Translations under genes and position numbers: made by a program
The notes under the pieces: model-generated
Seen by the model: only the letters and a program-made list of their open reading frames with translations
The model's database searches: none
What the model was told of the DNA's origin: nothing
In this document: positions 1 through 13,100 of the stretch, piece by piece
How the letters are laid out: each line of letters opens with the position of its first letter
How positions within the stretch are numbered: the stretch's first letter is position 1
Assembly (NCBI RefSeq): GCF_006345805.1
Contig: NC_043002.1
Location: 124,001 to 188,000 of the forward strand
DNA: 64,000 nucleotides
DNA from: Octopus sinensis
Taxonomy: Eukaryota
Direction of reading: 5' to 3'

Positions 1-225
1 CCCATATCAGCATGGCAGATGGATGCTAAATGATGATGATGATGGTGGTGGTGGCGGCAGTGGAGAAACAACAAAACCTCTTATAGCATCTTTTATATGT
101 GTAACTAATCTTAATATTCTCTAACATCTCATTGCCTCATCCAGTCCATTTGCATCTGCAATCTTCAAGGTTGACAAAAAAACCCCATTCCTTTCCGTAC
201 ACTTTGTATGATTGAAATTGTCCAA

Positions 226-383
226 TCATCATCATCATCATCGTTTAACGTCCGTTCTCCATGCTAGCATGGGTTGGATGGTTCGACCGGGGATCTGGGA
301 AGCCAGAAGGCTGCACCAGGCTCCAGTCTTATCTGGCAATGTTTCTACAGCTGGATGCTCTTCCTAACGCAAACCACTCCGTG
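226..383 (-). mobile_element. 3' fragment of RTE-tailed SINE / RTE 3' end
   Basis: Reverse complement reads ...GAACCATCCAACCCATGCTAGCATGGAGAACGGACGTTAAAC(GAT)n, the same tail found at ~9113 and ~33518 (divergent versions near 25925, 39145 and 40244), where it is joined to RTE ORF ends. Confidence 0.8.
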
Positions 384-1029
384 TACAACATACCATGCCC
401 CACACATAAGATACAAAACACAGTAACACACAAAGATACCAGTAATTATTACAAAATAACATACATGAGTATAAATTAGGAATGTTATTTTCCAACAATT
501 ACTGGCATCCTCACATATTAATACATTTCATAGCATATGTAAAGCATAACATGTTACACATGTATGTATATTATTGTAATTGTCATTTTAGCAAATAAAC
601 AAATAAGTCAACATAATATAATGCCTAAAAGCCGATGAAACATCTATTGATATATATATATATATATATATATATGACTAGTATAATTTGTGTAATAAAA
701 AAAAAAGTATCTTTAATGAGATAAAAGGAAGCGATTCAAGTGTGCTATTGGCATGAATCAAGATGAGTTAAGAGATGTGATGTATGGTTTGAAATTTTTT
801 TCATCTCCAAGAAAGAAAGAAAAAAATCCTGACCATTATATTTGTTAGTGACACTCATAGAACTGGAGAGATAATTGTAAGAAATTAAGATCAAAATTTA
901 TTTACATGCAGAATACAAAATCTTTGGTAAAAAAAAAAAAGAAGAAAGAAAAAAAGAACAGAAGAGGTTATTCCAAGATAACCTAAGAAGCTTGGCATTT
1001 TGGCATTTCATTTTGGCATTTTGGCATTA

Positions 1030-2200
1030 AATAAAAGGAAGAACAAGGATGGCAAGGAAGCGTTTTTGGATGGTGTCATTGTTTTTATTGTTGAATCTTG
1101 TTTTCCTTTCATTTTGCTTCAACTTTTCTTATTCTTTTGTCTTCAAAAATGTCAGTTCTAGTGTTGCACCTCTCAGTATTTTCTGGGTTTCAGTATCCCA
1201 CTTATTTTCTCACCTCCAACCATTTTAAAGGTTGATCTTAACTGGTCTTTTTAATGGTAGAAGTGGCACCTTCATTGTTTTGTGGTTAATTGACTGAAGA
1301 CAATTTCACAAAAGTAGCTGTCATTTGTCATTCTAACAATGTCTTAAACAATCATAGTTTGGTGTTTCATCATGGCTGGATGCTGGTAATTGAAGGAGTT
1401 GGAAATATGGCTTTGTCAAATAGTCTACCATCAAAATGGTATCTTGTGTCATCACCTGGATTGTCTGGAGAGAGTCCAAAAGTCATCACACAAGTACAAG
1501 GAGAACGCAACCCTGTTTTGACATGTAATTGGGAACTATTCAGAAAGTTTGTTTTCTGAAAAACACATGACATGCTATCATCTTGCATGCTTCCACTTGT
1601 GGGGAGGAAGAGGTTTGGGCAACTAAAAATGCTGAAGAACCAACCACATGGCTTTTCTTTCTATATTGTAAAAAACCTTTTCCAGATTGTAGAAGACAAG
1701 AAGGATGGTTTTTCTCGTCTTGTACAGAAACTCAAGTTGATTGTGCCACAAAGACATGAAAAGCTCATTGAAATTTCAGAAAGATCTTCTCCAGCAGAGA
1801 CTTGAAGGTCATTTATTAGGATTCTTGCAAATATTTCGCCAGGAATGGAAGGCAATGATATTCCAGGATAATTCCAACGAAAATTCCAATCTTCTTTGTT
1901 GGAGACAATAAGCGTATTTTAGAATTCATTTTGCTCAATGCAGATTGTTCCATATTTCGAGGACCAGAATGAAAAATCTGGTTTTGAGAGGTAGACCCCC
2001 CCCCCCCCCATGTTTCAGTGAGTGAAAAGAGAAGTTGTCTTGCCCTGGAGATTTTCTTGGTTTTATTCTGTTGGAAACATTTTCAAACTTTTTGAAATGC
2101 CGTTTCTACACTCACCTATGGCTGCTTGGTATGACGTAGGACATTTCTTAAGAAATCTTTCGCTGTTGTTAAATTCTCACTCAGTAGAGAAGGAAAAAAT
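1030..2200 (-). mobile_element. Degenerate, internally deleted RTE-clade LINE (RT region and 3' end)
   Basis: Minus-strand translation NYPGISLPSIPGEIFARILIN resembles the RTE RT motif NYRGISLLS..GK..ARIL; many stops and frameshifts; ends approximate. Confidence 0.65.
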
Positions 2201-2631
2201 AGTCCTCCCAATATTCAGCCATATCTTGTGAATTTGTCATCTCTCTCTTTCTCTCTCTCTCTCTCTCTTACTTTTTCCATCCATCCATTGTTCTCTGTAT
2301 TCTGTCATTATTACAAAAGTTTGTTTTTCTAAACTTGCTCACTTGAAACTACTCACAAATATCTCTTCTTTTCATCATCTATCAACTATTTTCCACACTC
2401 TTTCTCCTCCCCTCTCTTATACTATCTTCTCTCTCTTTCTCCTCACCCCTCCTGCTGTCTTTCTCTTTCTCCTCCTCTCTCTCTCACACTACTTTGGAAC
2501 TATTTCTATATTCCTATCAATTTTCCTTTTCTCTTCAGCCTTCACCCTACAGCCTCACCCTATTTTCACCTACTTATCTATTTTATATTTCTCTGATAAT
2601 AAACAATGTCTTTCTTCTTGCTTCAATCTAG

Positions 2632-2698
2632 ACGTGTGTGCTGGCCATCGTTGTAAAAAGGGAGATTGTGTAAAGCTTGAAGAGTCTTATCGATGCAG
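2632..2698 (+). CDS. Internal exon A of a type I membrane protein: first part of EGF domain (DVCAGHRCKKGDCVKLEESYRC)
   Basis: Acceptor tttcttcttgcttcaatctAG, donor GTgaga; phase 1 to 2; four cysteines in EGF spacing; joins in frame to 7984. Confidence 0.85.
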
Positions 2699-2944
2699 GT
2701 GAGAAGTGACAATGTGTTTCTATAACTTGCATTAATATTATTTTACAGGTGAAACTATTTATCACAAACCAGCAGCAAGTAGTGTACTTTTGCATAAGTT
2801 GTTAAAAGTTTTCAAAAATTGCATCCTCAATTAAAATATATTTTATTCTCACTTTAAGTTTTCTTTAAGAAATCTGTGAATTGTCTGAGAGTATATTTCA
2901 GGTGAAGCTATATTCTGAAAATCAAAGAACAGTTAAGAAATAAT

Positions 2945-3161
2945 TATTTGTACTCTAGGCACAAGGCCTTGGAAATTTTGGGGGAAGGGGATGAGTCGAT
3001 TACATAGACCCTGGAGCATGACTGGTACTTATTTCATCGGCCCTGAAAGGATGAAATGCAAAGTTGATCTTAGCAGAATTTGAACTCAGAACATAGCAGC
3101 AGACAAAATACCACTAAACATTTCGCCCAGTATGCCAAAGATTCCTCCGGCTCACCACCTT
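2945..3161 (-). mobile_element. tRNA-derived SINE, degenerate copy
   Basis: Similar along its length to the copy at 25321-25528; minus strand has B-box-like GAGTTCAAATTC and the central GCATTTCATCCTTTCAGGG motif. Confidence 0.8.
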
Positions 3162-3258
3162 ACAAATAACGAGAAAACAATTACTCTAATTTTCAAGATA
3201 TTTTACTTTAAGAAATAGCAGGTGTAAAGGGAGATTTTAAAGTGAAACAATATTATAT

Positions 3259-4393
3259 TACAATGAAAAATGCAATTGCATGCATGTTGATATTTGTTAG
3301 TTATTACACCTGGAAAAGTTCAGAACACGATTTCTTCAGTAGAATTTCCTAATTTATCACCTTTAAAGGAAACTAAAAAGTACTTAAAATTAAATTCTAC
3401 TGTACTTATAATATTGCAGCCAAGATTAAAAAATTTTTTTAATTTACTATATTTTATTAAGACAAAAATTAAAAAAGCATTACTGGGTTTTTCCAAAAAT
3501 AAGCTCATTCAATTTTAAGCCTATGAGCTTATATTCCGAAACTCTTTTCCTCTATAGCCCCAGTAATTTTTATTATTTTCAGAAAAGAAATTATTTAAGC
3601 AAAATTATTTAAGTCTGTATTTAGGCCTATGGAATTATTTTTGGAAAAAGTATTATTTTAAAAATTAATTTTTAAGAAATACAGTAGAATTTGCCTAATT
3701 AGTCATCTCTAGGAGAAAATTGAAAGTGACAAATTAGGTGAAGTAAGGAATTAACCAAAGATGAGATAGGCTAATTCTACTCTATTAATGCTAACTAATA
3801 AGTTTTACTAATGATTTATTTATCAGATTAAATTTCTTTTTTTTTTAATGGGAAAGAATTGACTGAACATATGGTCAATTTGAAACCATTTAATGACCAT
3901 TCTACTGCAATCAACATTTTTTTTGGTGGTGGGGAGGGGGATTGTTATGGGATTTCAATTCAAGTGAAAAAAAATCTTGTGCAATATTATTTACAACTTC
4001 ATATTTTATTGTTTGTACTTGATACAACTAAATAAAACATGACTATTTTAGTTATAAATTTCAAAAGATATGATTAAAAAACATTTTTTTGTTTAAATTC
4101 ATTTTTCATTATTTTTGTACCATGTTTTTAAAGATTTACTTGTTTTTAACATCCTCATAATAAATAAAATAAATTTTATCTCAAATTTACTAAATATAAT
4201 GTATTTTGATTTTAGAAACTTTATTCCAGGCAGCAATATTTTGAGTACAGTAGAATTTTAATTTTAAGTACTTTTTAGTTTCCTTTAGAGGTGACGAATT
4301 ACACAAATTCTACTGTAGAAATCTTGTTCTGTACTTTTCCAGGTGTAATAACTTAAGAATATTAACAAGCATGTGCCTGCATTTTTCATTGTA
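3259..4393. mobile_element. Foldback/MITE-like element with ~175-bp imperfect terminal inverted repeats and TA flanks
   Basis: 3261-~3435 (caatgaaaaatgca...gttattacacctggaaaagt...aaaggaaactaaaaagtacttaaaatt) is the reverse complement of ~4205-4391; TA at 3259-3260 and 4392-4393. Confidence 0.75.
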
Positions 4394-4414
4394 ATCCACT
4401 TTTTTTTCCAGGCA

Positions 4415-4564
4415 ATGAAACTAATAAATATTCTTTTGCTAAATATTATGAAACTAATAAATATTCTTTTGCTAAATATTATGAAACTAATAAATATTCT
4501 TTTGCTAAATATTATGAAACTAATAAATATTCTTTTGCTAAATATTATGAAACTAATAAATATT
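4415..4564 (+). repeat. 33-bp tandem repeat, ~4.5 copies
   Basis: Unit atgaaactaataaatattcttttgctaaatatt repeated exactly. Confidence 0.95.
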
Positions 4565-4639
4565 ATTTGAATAATTTTTATTGTTGATGATTGAATTAAA
4601 ATAAGAATTTTTAGAGGGAAGAGATTTCACAGTAAAGAG

Positions 4640-5054
4640 TGTGTGTATGTATGTATATGTGTTGATTTGTATGTTTTGTTTTATGTATGTATTCCCATAC
4701 ATATGTAGACATGCTTATATATATTTAGATGATAAACTTCTGTAAAGTTTTACAGATTTTTACAGTTCCAGTGATGGATTGAATCTGTAGTCTTCAAATT
4801 AGCTTTCTCCTTTCTAGTTTTGAGAAGCCTAATTTCTCAAGATTGGTATTTAGGCAGTGTGTTACATATCCCAGTGCCCCAATAATTACAGGTATAAACC
4901 TGAACTTGTAATCTGGGTAGTGTAACTGCATATTGCTCAATAGTTCAGCGTAGGTATTCTCTTTTTCACTGATCTTTAGCTTTATGTTAACATCCGCTGG
5001 GCAGCTGATTTCCACAACTTTACACAGTTTCTCTTCTCTATCCCAAATCATTAG
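4640..5054 (-). mobile_element. 5'-truncated RLE-type (R2/R4/NeSL group) non-LTR retrotransposon: C-terminal endonuclease and start of 3' UTR
   Basis: MIWDREEKLCKVVEISCPADVNIKLKISEKENTYAELL...FIPVIIGALG (RLE D..E..K motif); same family as 29300-30296. Confidence 0.85.
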
Positions 5055-6790
5055 AAATTAATGAAGTCTCTCACAGTTTGTAGGTGTGAGTTTTGTTTTA
5101 ATTGCATCCCATTTTCCTGGATCTGGCTGAGAGCCATTCTCATTCCAGATGAGACCATAAAATTTTATGTTTTTGCCCCACTTTGTTGAGTACTAGCCCA
5201 TATCTTCTGGCTATGTCTCCTGTTCTTCTCAAGTTTTTATCATGCTCTTCAATTGCTCTCCCAAATATGCAAATATCATCAGATATACCAATGGCTCCCA
5301 CACAGTTTTCTAGTCTTTGGTGCATTTTTTGTCGAAAAATCTCTTGGGGCACCTTGAGTTCAAATGGACACCTTATATATTTGTACTTTCCAAATAGTGT
5401 GTCGAAACATGTAAGCCAACTTGAATCTCTATCAAGATGTATTGTCCAGTATCTGTGTTTTGCATCTAATTTTGTGAAATATTTATCATTGATGTAGGAA
5501 ATTTCCTCAAGGGTTGGTGCTCTGTGGTAAGTTCTTTTAATGTATTTTTTCAATGGTTTGGGATCCAAACATAACTCAGAATTCATCTTTCAAATGCACT
5601 GGATATTTCCTTGGAGGTTGTACCACTGGTGTTGCATTTTCAACAAAGTATTTTCTGTTTTCATGGAAAATTCCCAATGCCTTTAAATACATCAGGATAC
5701 TCATTTTCAAGGTCTTCTACACTTTGCAATTTTTTCTCTGATGCTATGCTACTGGAGATTTACACCAAACCTAACTTTCCACAAGATCTTAGGCCCAATA
5801 TTGTTATGTCATTATCATACAGAAAATACTTGGCCTGTATGATGTCAGAATCCTTGGCTTAATGCTAAGGATTACCAAACCATATTGTTGTATCTTGGTG
5901 CCATTCACTGCCCATAAGGTAGTTCGCTCTCTTCTGAGATTTATTGGTTTTCCAGTATCTTTATCAAACTTTTCGGACTACATCTGCCTGTATAGCCTCA
6001 CTGATCGTTATAATTCCATTAGCCTCAGTTTCTATTTTCTTTTTTCTTTTCTTTTTTTTTTGTTATTAGAGTCTTTATAATCTCTGCTAGCAGATGTTTC
6101 CCTATTTATTGAGTCTTTTGTCTTCTTTGTTTTCTATAGTATATAGACACAAGTCTTCTCCCTCTTGCTCTGAATCATATTGTTACTTGTAAGTGGCATT
6201 CACATCTCTATCTCCATCTTTGTTTCCAATGCCCGTTTCGGCTTTGTTTTCTGGTTTTGTGCAGATTGTCTTGCTACATGATTGTTTTTGAAAGGCTGTA
6301 CCTTCTAGCATTTTCTGCATTCTCTCTTAAATGCATAACAGTCTTCTTTTCCTTTTCTCTCAACTATCTCACATCTTCCACATTTGATTGTTATTTTGCT
6401 TTGTTACTTCATAACGTGTCTTCTTTTCACTATCATTGTTGTGTCAACTGTGCATTATTGTAGCTTCACAAGCCCTTGTACTTTTAATAGCTGCCTCTAG
6501 CATAACATTTAGTTTCTTCTTTGTATTTGCCCACTTTATTCAATTTATTATTTGTTCAAGGTTCCTTTCATCCTTATTTATGCCAAAATCACTCCTTTCA
6601 GCTTTTTTTTAAAATGTGCTTAAATGCTCAATTGTGTTGTCAAGGGTTGGTGCTCTGTTGGTGCATCACTGAAAATTCCACCCATTTAACCCATTTGTTT
6701 GGTTTCTCTATCAAATGGGCTTTGAAAATTTTGAAGTCATTTACTGAAGATTCTTTGTCTTTGGCTAAAATCTTGTCATTTTTCATTTGT
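5055..6790 (-). mobile_element. Degenerate Ty3/Gypsy LTR retrotransposon (gag, protease region, RT), 3'-truncated
   Basis: RT ORF 5140-5586: LCLDPKPL..KYFTKLDAK..FGKYKYIRCPF..ISDDICIFG; connection PDPGKWDAIK..P; protease-region TILGLRSCGKLGLV; gag-like AHLIEKPNKWVKWVEF. Confidence 0.85.
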
Positions 6791-7130
6791 TTCATTGGGC
6801 AGACTTGTTTGAGGAGCATAGGCAGAGATAATTGTTGCTGTACTATTTTGCAAAACTAATCTAAGCTTAAGTACCCTATCACATACTCTGACTACCTCAA
6901 TCACCTTATCCACCCATTTCTCAGTTAGGAATATGCCCATGCCACCTACCCTGTCGCTGTTGCCTTCCCAGATTTTTGCCTGTGAGGCACCTGGCAGATG
7001 CACACCTCCACCTTGCTATTTGAATGCAGCACACATCAACACGTCCCCATCCAAGTATCTCAACAATCTTATCAGATCTACCACTCAATGTACCTACATT
7101 GACAGTGCTAGTTCTAAGGATGTGACTGAG
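6786..7130 (-). mobile_element. RTE-clade LINE apurinic endonuclease N-terminal fragment
   Basis: TVNVGTLSGR...VDVCCIQ...GMGIFLTEKWVDKVIEVVRVCDRVLKLRL...IISAYAPQ. Confidence 0.85.
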
Positions 7131-7983
7131 TATCCCATCATTGCCGGATAATATCCACAGTAGAATGCTTTGGCAGACTTCCGGAATAGCACACCCACAT
7201 AAGTTGGATATTCTCTGTTCTAACAAGGATTTTTCACTATATACCTCTGCAAATGACGTGGGGAGGCATTCTATGAAAAAAATTCTTGGAAAATTTATTA
7301 ATCCTCCTACCCTTCTGGACCAATTTTGTCCAGTTATTTTGCACTACACATCCGTAGAGAACACATTCTCAGTAAAAATTTAAAAAAAGTTTTTGAATGT
7401 TCCACTCTTCCCCAATCAGTTCTAATTTTGATCTACTTTGTTTTTGCCCTTAAAAGGATGGGGGAAACCTTGAAGAAAATGGAAATCAGTGATCACCAAT
7501 GCAATCCCCACTTCTTTTATTTTCAAACAGAAAATGAAATTGTATTTAAAAGCAATAGTGATTTTTTTTAATTTTTATGTTTTTCATTAACTCTCCCTAA
7601 TCCCATAACTTTAAATTTTGGCTTTTTTTTCAAAAATTTCTTAATTACAGTTTTAAAATACGTCTACAATTTGTTTCTATTTATAATTTCAAAATAATTT
7701 TCAGATGAAAAGGTGTGTGATAAATAGTGAATTAGCTATTGTTTCTAACACATACCATGACCACATGGTACCTTCCTTGTTTCTTTGTCACTCTGATATA
7801 TATATATTGATGGTTTTGAATATTTTTCTCTCCATAAAAACATTTTATTGAATGATGATGCAATGGTCCATTGCTTTGATATAAGCAACAAGTTACACAT
7901 ATATAGAAAATATACTCACACTTACACAACACACACAATACTGGATTCATTAAAATTTTTATTTGCTTGACATTTATTTTCAG

Positions 7984-8039
7984 CTGTCATGATTACTGGA
8001 CCGGCAAATATTGTGATAAGGAACTGGAAGAAAAGGAGG
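7984..8039 (+). CDS. Internal exon B: end of EGF domain and stalk (S-CHDYWTGKYCDKELEEKE-G)
   Basis: Acceptor atttattttcAG, donor GTatgt; phase 2 to 1; supplies Cys5 and Cys6 in frame with exon A. Confidence 0.85.
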
Positions 8040-8596
8040 GTATGTTATATAATGTTTTCAAGCTTAATCCTTTGCGTGTATCCATGACAACTATTCATGT
8101 TTTCGTTGAAATTTAAACTTAACTTGATGCTTTGCTACATGTTGTGGCATTCTAATGTAGGAGATTCATGTGTTCCATGAAAAGTTAACAGTTTGATGTT
8201 GAATAGCATTCGTACTTGAAAGTTTACTTACAAAACTGGCATTTTAGTCCTTTTCCATTTGTATAATCCACCCATATAATGTTCACTTAATTTGTTTAGC
8301 ACAAATTTGTCTGGAAGGAAGTTGAAAACCATAACGTTAGAAACTGCTAAAGTCAAAACTTTTGATTCTTGGACCTGAACTGCTCTTCTTTTCTAGTCGG
8401 CTATATTTTATCTTGACCTCGATGAAGCATGTAGCCAAGTTGACCTTGGCAAATTTTGAATAATAAAGCCATAGATTCTTACCAATAAGTATATATTTTG
8501 CTAACATTACTTTCATAAGTTATAGAAAGTTTTACTCAATTTTTTATTTTCAGTTGAAATCAAAGATTTATTTATTATGAAATCAAAATCAAATTC

Positions 8597-9113
8597 GATG
8601 ACTGGCATCTGTGCTAGTTGGGTGCAAAGAGCACCATCTGAGCATGATTATTGCCAGCACAGCTATCTGGCCTCCATGCCAGTGGCACTTAAAAGGCACC
8701 ATTTGAGTGTGATCATTACCAGCATTGCCTTACTGGCACTCGAGCCCCGTGCTAGTAGGGTGCCAAGAGCACCATCCAAGCATTATTATTGCCAGCACAG
8801 CTATCTGGCCTCCGTGTCGGTGGCATGTAAAAGACACCATTCAAGCATGATCGTTACCAGCATCACCTTACTGGTACCTGTGCTGGTGGCATGTGTAAAA
8901 GATTTGAGCGAGGTCATTGCCAGTACTGCCTGAGTGGCCCTGTGCCAGTGGCACATAAAAAGCACCCACTACACTCTCGGAGTGGTTGACATCCAGCTGT
9001 AGAAACTCTGCCAGATCAAGATTGAAGCCTGGTGCAGCCATCTGGTTCACCAGCCCTCAGTCATTCGTCCAACCCATGCTAGCATGGAAAGCAGACGTTA
9101 AACGATGATGATG
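8597..9113 (+). mobile_element. RTE 3' UTR / RTE-tailed SINE with internal subrepeats and (GAT)n tail
   Basis: Repeated gccagcacagctatctggcctcc..ggca..aaa.cacc blocks followed by the shared tail ccaacccatgctagcatggaaagcagacgttaaacgatgatg. Confidence 0.8.
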
Positions 9114-9871
9114 TGTATTATATTTTCACTGCATGGGAATTTATGTCAAATAAAGAGTTAAAGCTCATTTATTTTCCTAACCTGCTGTGCTTTTTAATTG
9201 CAAACAAGAGACAAAGCCATGAAAGTTAACTCTTCTATAAACATTTTTTTACAAGATTAGTAATCTGTTTCAAAAAATTATTTATATACAGTAAATCCTT
9301 TTGATTGAATTGACATACTTTAAGACAATAACTTGTTTCAGAAACTAATGGTAAGGAGGTTGGAGCATGTTAACACAAAATATTTAAAATCCTTATGAAA
9401 TTGCCTCTGTTTGTAACAAGTTATCAGAAGTCTTTAGAAAGAGTTCACTAGATACACATGAACACATACAATTTTGCCAGTGTTTGACTGATAACGAAAG
9501 CAAGTAAACTCTGCAGAATTTACAACTGTGTGCTTTTATAGCCAAGGGTATTCACACTATTGCATTATGTATTTCTGCTGTCAAAACCATGCGTCCAAGG
9601 ATTTTGGGGTTCCTTTTAGTTGATAGAAGTGGTTTACTACATGCTTTTGGTATGTTGTATAAAAACAAGGTTAGATATATTTACAAGTGAGTTATGTGTT
9701 GATGGAGGGTCATTCAGTGTAAATAGTCATACAACTTTGACTAACTGAAAAACAAAAACAAATGAAGCAAATTTTGCAAAAACTCGTGACGCAATATTAT
9801 TTATTCCATTTTTAACATTATTTTAATATATTTATTTGAAATTTGCCATTTCTTTTTTTTCTTCTTCCTAG

Positions 9872-9956
9872 GTTTTCGCACTGCTGCAATTGTTATTGGA
9901 GTTGTGCTGGGAATTCTTTGTCTTCTCTTAATTGGAGTTATTGTGTATATAATACG
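9872..9956 (+). CDS. Internal exon C: transmembrane helix (G-FRTAAIVIGVVLGILCLLLIGVIVYII-R)
   Basis: Acceptor tctttttttttcttcttcctAG, donor GTaaat; phase 1 to 2; ~24 consecutive apolar residues. Confidence 0.9.
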
Positions 9957-10167
9957 GTAAATTTTTTTTTCTGTTTCAACTTCTTTATCTTATTTAGGGA
10001 TTTATTTTTGGATAACTTTCAATCAATTATTCTCTTGTTTCTACAAGTGGTTCTTTTACAGGTATACATACAGGTAAATGGCAGTGCCCCAGGATGGCCA
10101 CAGCTCATGAGCTAAAACTAGATGAAATAAATAAAAATGAAATATATGAAATAAATATCAGGCTTTG

Positions 10168-13100
10168 CAAAAGTCCCGTGACATTCATTACAAAAGTCCC
10201 GTGACATTCATTACAAAAGTCTCGTGACATTCATTACAAAAGTCCCATGACATTCATTACAAAAGTCCCGTGACATTCATTACAAAAGTCCCGTGACATT
10301 CATTACAAAAGTCCTGTTACATTCATTAAAAAGTCCCGTGACATTCATTACAAAAGTCCCGTTACATTCATTACAAAAGTCCTGTTACATTCATTACAAA
10401 AGTCCCGTGACATTCATTACAAAAGTCCTGTTACATTCATTACAAAAGTCCCGTGACATTCATTACAAAAGTCCTGTTACATTCATTACAAAAGTCCTGT
10501 TACATTCATTACAAAAGTCCTGTTACATTCATTACAAAAGTCCCGTTACATTCATTACAAAAGTCCCGTTACATTCATTACAAAAGTCTCGTGACATTCA
10601 TTACAAAAGTCCCGTGACATTCATTACAAAAGTCCCGTGACATTCATTACAAAAGTCCCGTGACATTCATTACAAAAGTCCTGTTACATTCATTACAAAA
10701 GTCCCGTGACATTCATTACAAAAGTCCCGTTACATTCATTACAAAAGTCCCGTTACATTCATTACAAAAGTCCCGTGTCAATCATTACAAAAGTCCTGTT
10801 ACATTCATTACAAAAGTCCCGTGACATTCATTACAAAAGTCCTGTTACATTCATTACAAAAGTCCTGTTACATTCATTACAAAAGTCCTGTTACATTCAT
10901 TACAAAAGTCCCGTTACATTCATTACAAAAGTCCCGTTACATTCATTACAAAAGTCCCGTTACATTAATTACAAAAGTCCCATGACATTCATTACAGAAG
11001 TCCTGTGACATTCATTACAAATGTCCCGTTACATTCATTACAAAAGTCCCGTGACATTCATTACAAAAGTCCTGTTACATTCATTACAAAAGTCCTGTTA
11101 CATTCATTACAAAAGTCCCATTACATTCATTACAAAAGTCCCATTACATTCATTACAAAAGTCCCGTTACATTCATTACAAAAGTCCCGTTACATTCATT
11201 ACAAAAGTCCTGTTACATTCATTACAAAAGTCCCGTTACATTCATTACAAAAGTCCTGTTACATTCATTACAAAAGTCCTGTTACATTCATTACAAAAGT
11301 CCCGTTACATTCATTACAAAAGTCCTGTTACATTCATTACAAAAGTCCCGTGAACATTCATTACAAAAGTCCTGTTACATTCATTACAAAAGTCCCGTGA
11401 CATTCATTACAAAAGTCCCGTTACATTCATTCAAAAGTCCCGTGACATTCATTACAAAAGTCCGTTACATTCATTACAAAAGTCCTGTTACATTCATTAC
11501 AAAGTCCCGTTACATTCATTACAAAAGTCCTGTTACATTCATTACAAAAGTCCTGTACATTCATTACAAAAGTCCCGTTACATTCATTACAAAAGTCCCG
11601 TGTAATCATTACAAAAGTCCTGTTACATTCATTACAAAAGTCCCGTGACATTCATTACAAAAGTCCTGTTACATTCATTACAAAGTCCTGTTACATTCAT
11701 TACAAAAGTCCTGTTACATTCATTACAAAAGTCCGTTACATTCATTACAAAAGTCCCGTTACATTCATTAAAAGTCCCGTTACATTCATTACAAAAGTCC
11801 CATGACATTCATTACAAAAGTCCTGTGACATTCATTACAAAGTCCCGTTACATTCATTACAAAAGTCCCGTGACATTCATTACAAAAGTCCTGTTACATT
11901 CATTACAAAAGTCCTGTTACATTCATTACAAAAGTCCCATTACATTCATTAAAAAAGTCCCATTACATTCATTACAAAAGTCCCGTTACATTCATTACAA
12001 AAGTCCCGTTACATTCATTACAAAAGTCCTGTTACATTCATTACAAAAGTCCCGTTACATTCATTACAAAAGTCCTGTTACATTCATTACAAAAGTCCTG
12101 TTACATTCATTACAAATGTCCTGTTACATTCATTACAAAAGTCCTGTTACATTCATTACAAAAGTCCCGTGACGTTCATTACAAAAGTCCTGTTACATTC
12201 ATTACAAAAGTCCCGTGACATTCATTACAAAAGTCCCTTGACATTCATTTCAAAAGTCCCATGACATTCATTACAAAAGTCCCGATACATTCATTACAAA
12301 AGTCCCGTGACATTCATTACAATAGTCCCGTTACATTCATTACAAAAGTCCTGTTACATTCATTACAAAGTCCCGTTACATTCATTACAAAAGTCCTGTT
12401 ACATTCATTACAAAAGTCCTGTTACATTCATTACAAAAGTCCCGTTACATTCATTACAAAAGTCCGTTACATTCATTACAAAAGTCCCGTTACATTCATT
12501 ACAAAAGTCCCGTTACATTCATTACAAAAGTCCCGTTACATTCATTACAAAAGTCCCGTGACATTCATTACAAAAGTCCCGTGACATTCATTACAAAAGT
12601 CCCGTGACATTCATTACAAAAGTCCCGTTACATTCATTACAAAAGTCCCGTTACATTCATTACAAAAGTCCCGTTACATTCATTACAAAAGTCCCGTTAC
12701 ATTCATTACAAAAGTCCCGTTACATTCATTACAAAAGTCCCGTTACATTCATTACAAAAGTCCCGTTACATTCATTACAAAAGTCCCGTTACATTCATTA
12801 CAAAAGTCCCGTTACATTCATTACAAAAGTCCCGTGACATTCATTACAAATTCCCATGACATTCATTACAAAAGTCCTGTTACATCCATTACAAAAGTCC
12901 CGTTACATCCATTACAAAAGGCCCGTTACATTCATTACAAAAGTCCCGTTACATTCATTACAAAAGTCCCGTGACATTCATTACAAAAGTCCCATTACAT
13001 TCATTACAAAAGTCCTGTTACATTCATTACAAAAGTCCCGTTACATTCATTACAAAAGTCCCGTTACATTCATTACAAAAGTCCTGTTACATTCATTACA

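Noticed and set aside
4373-4570. ORF with MKLINILLLNI repeats
   Set aside because: In-frame 33-bp tandem repeat with no other coding evidence.
8080-8400. Possible hAT/ZMYM-type zinc-finger remnant on the minus strand (WVDY..GLKCQFCK)
   Set aside because: Too short and interrupted by stops to call by eye.
8417-8470. Hammerhead-like remnant CTCGATGA...GCCAAG/CTTGGC-AAA
   Set aside because: Core interrupted, G12 missing, no stem III or stem I.
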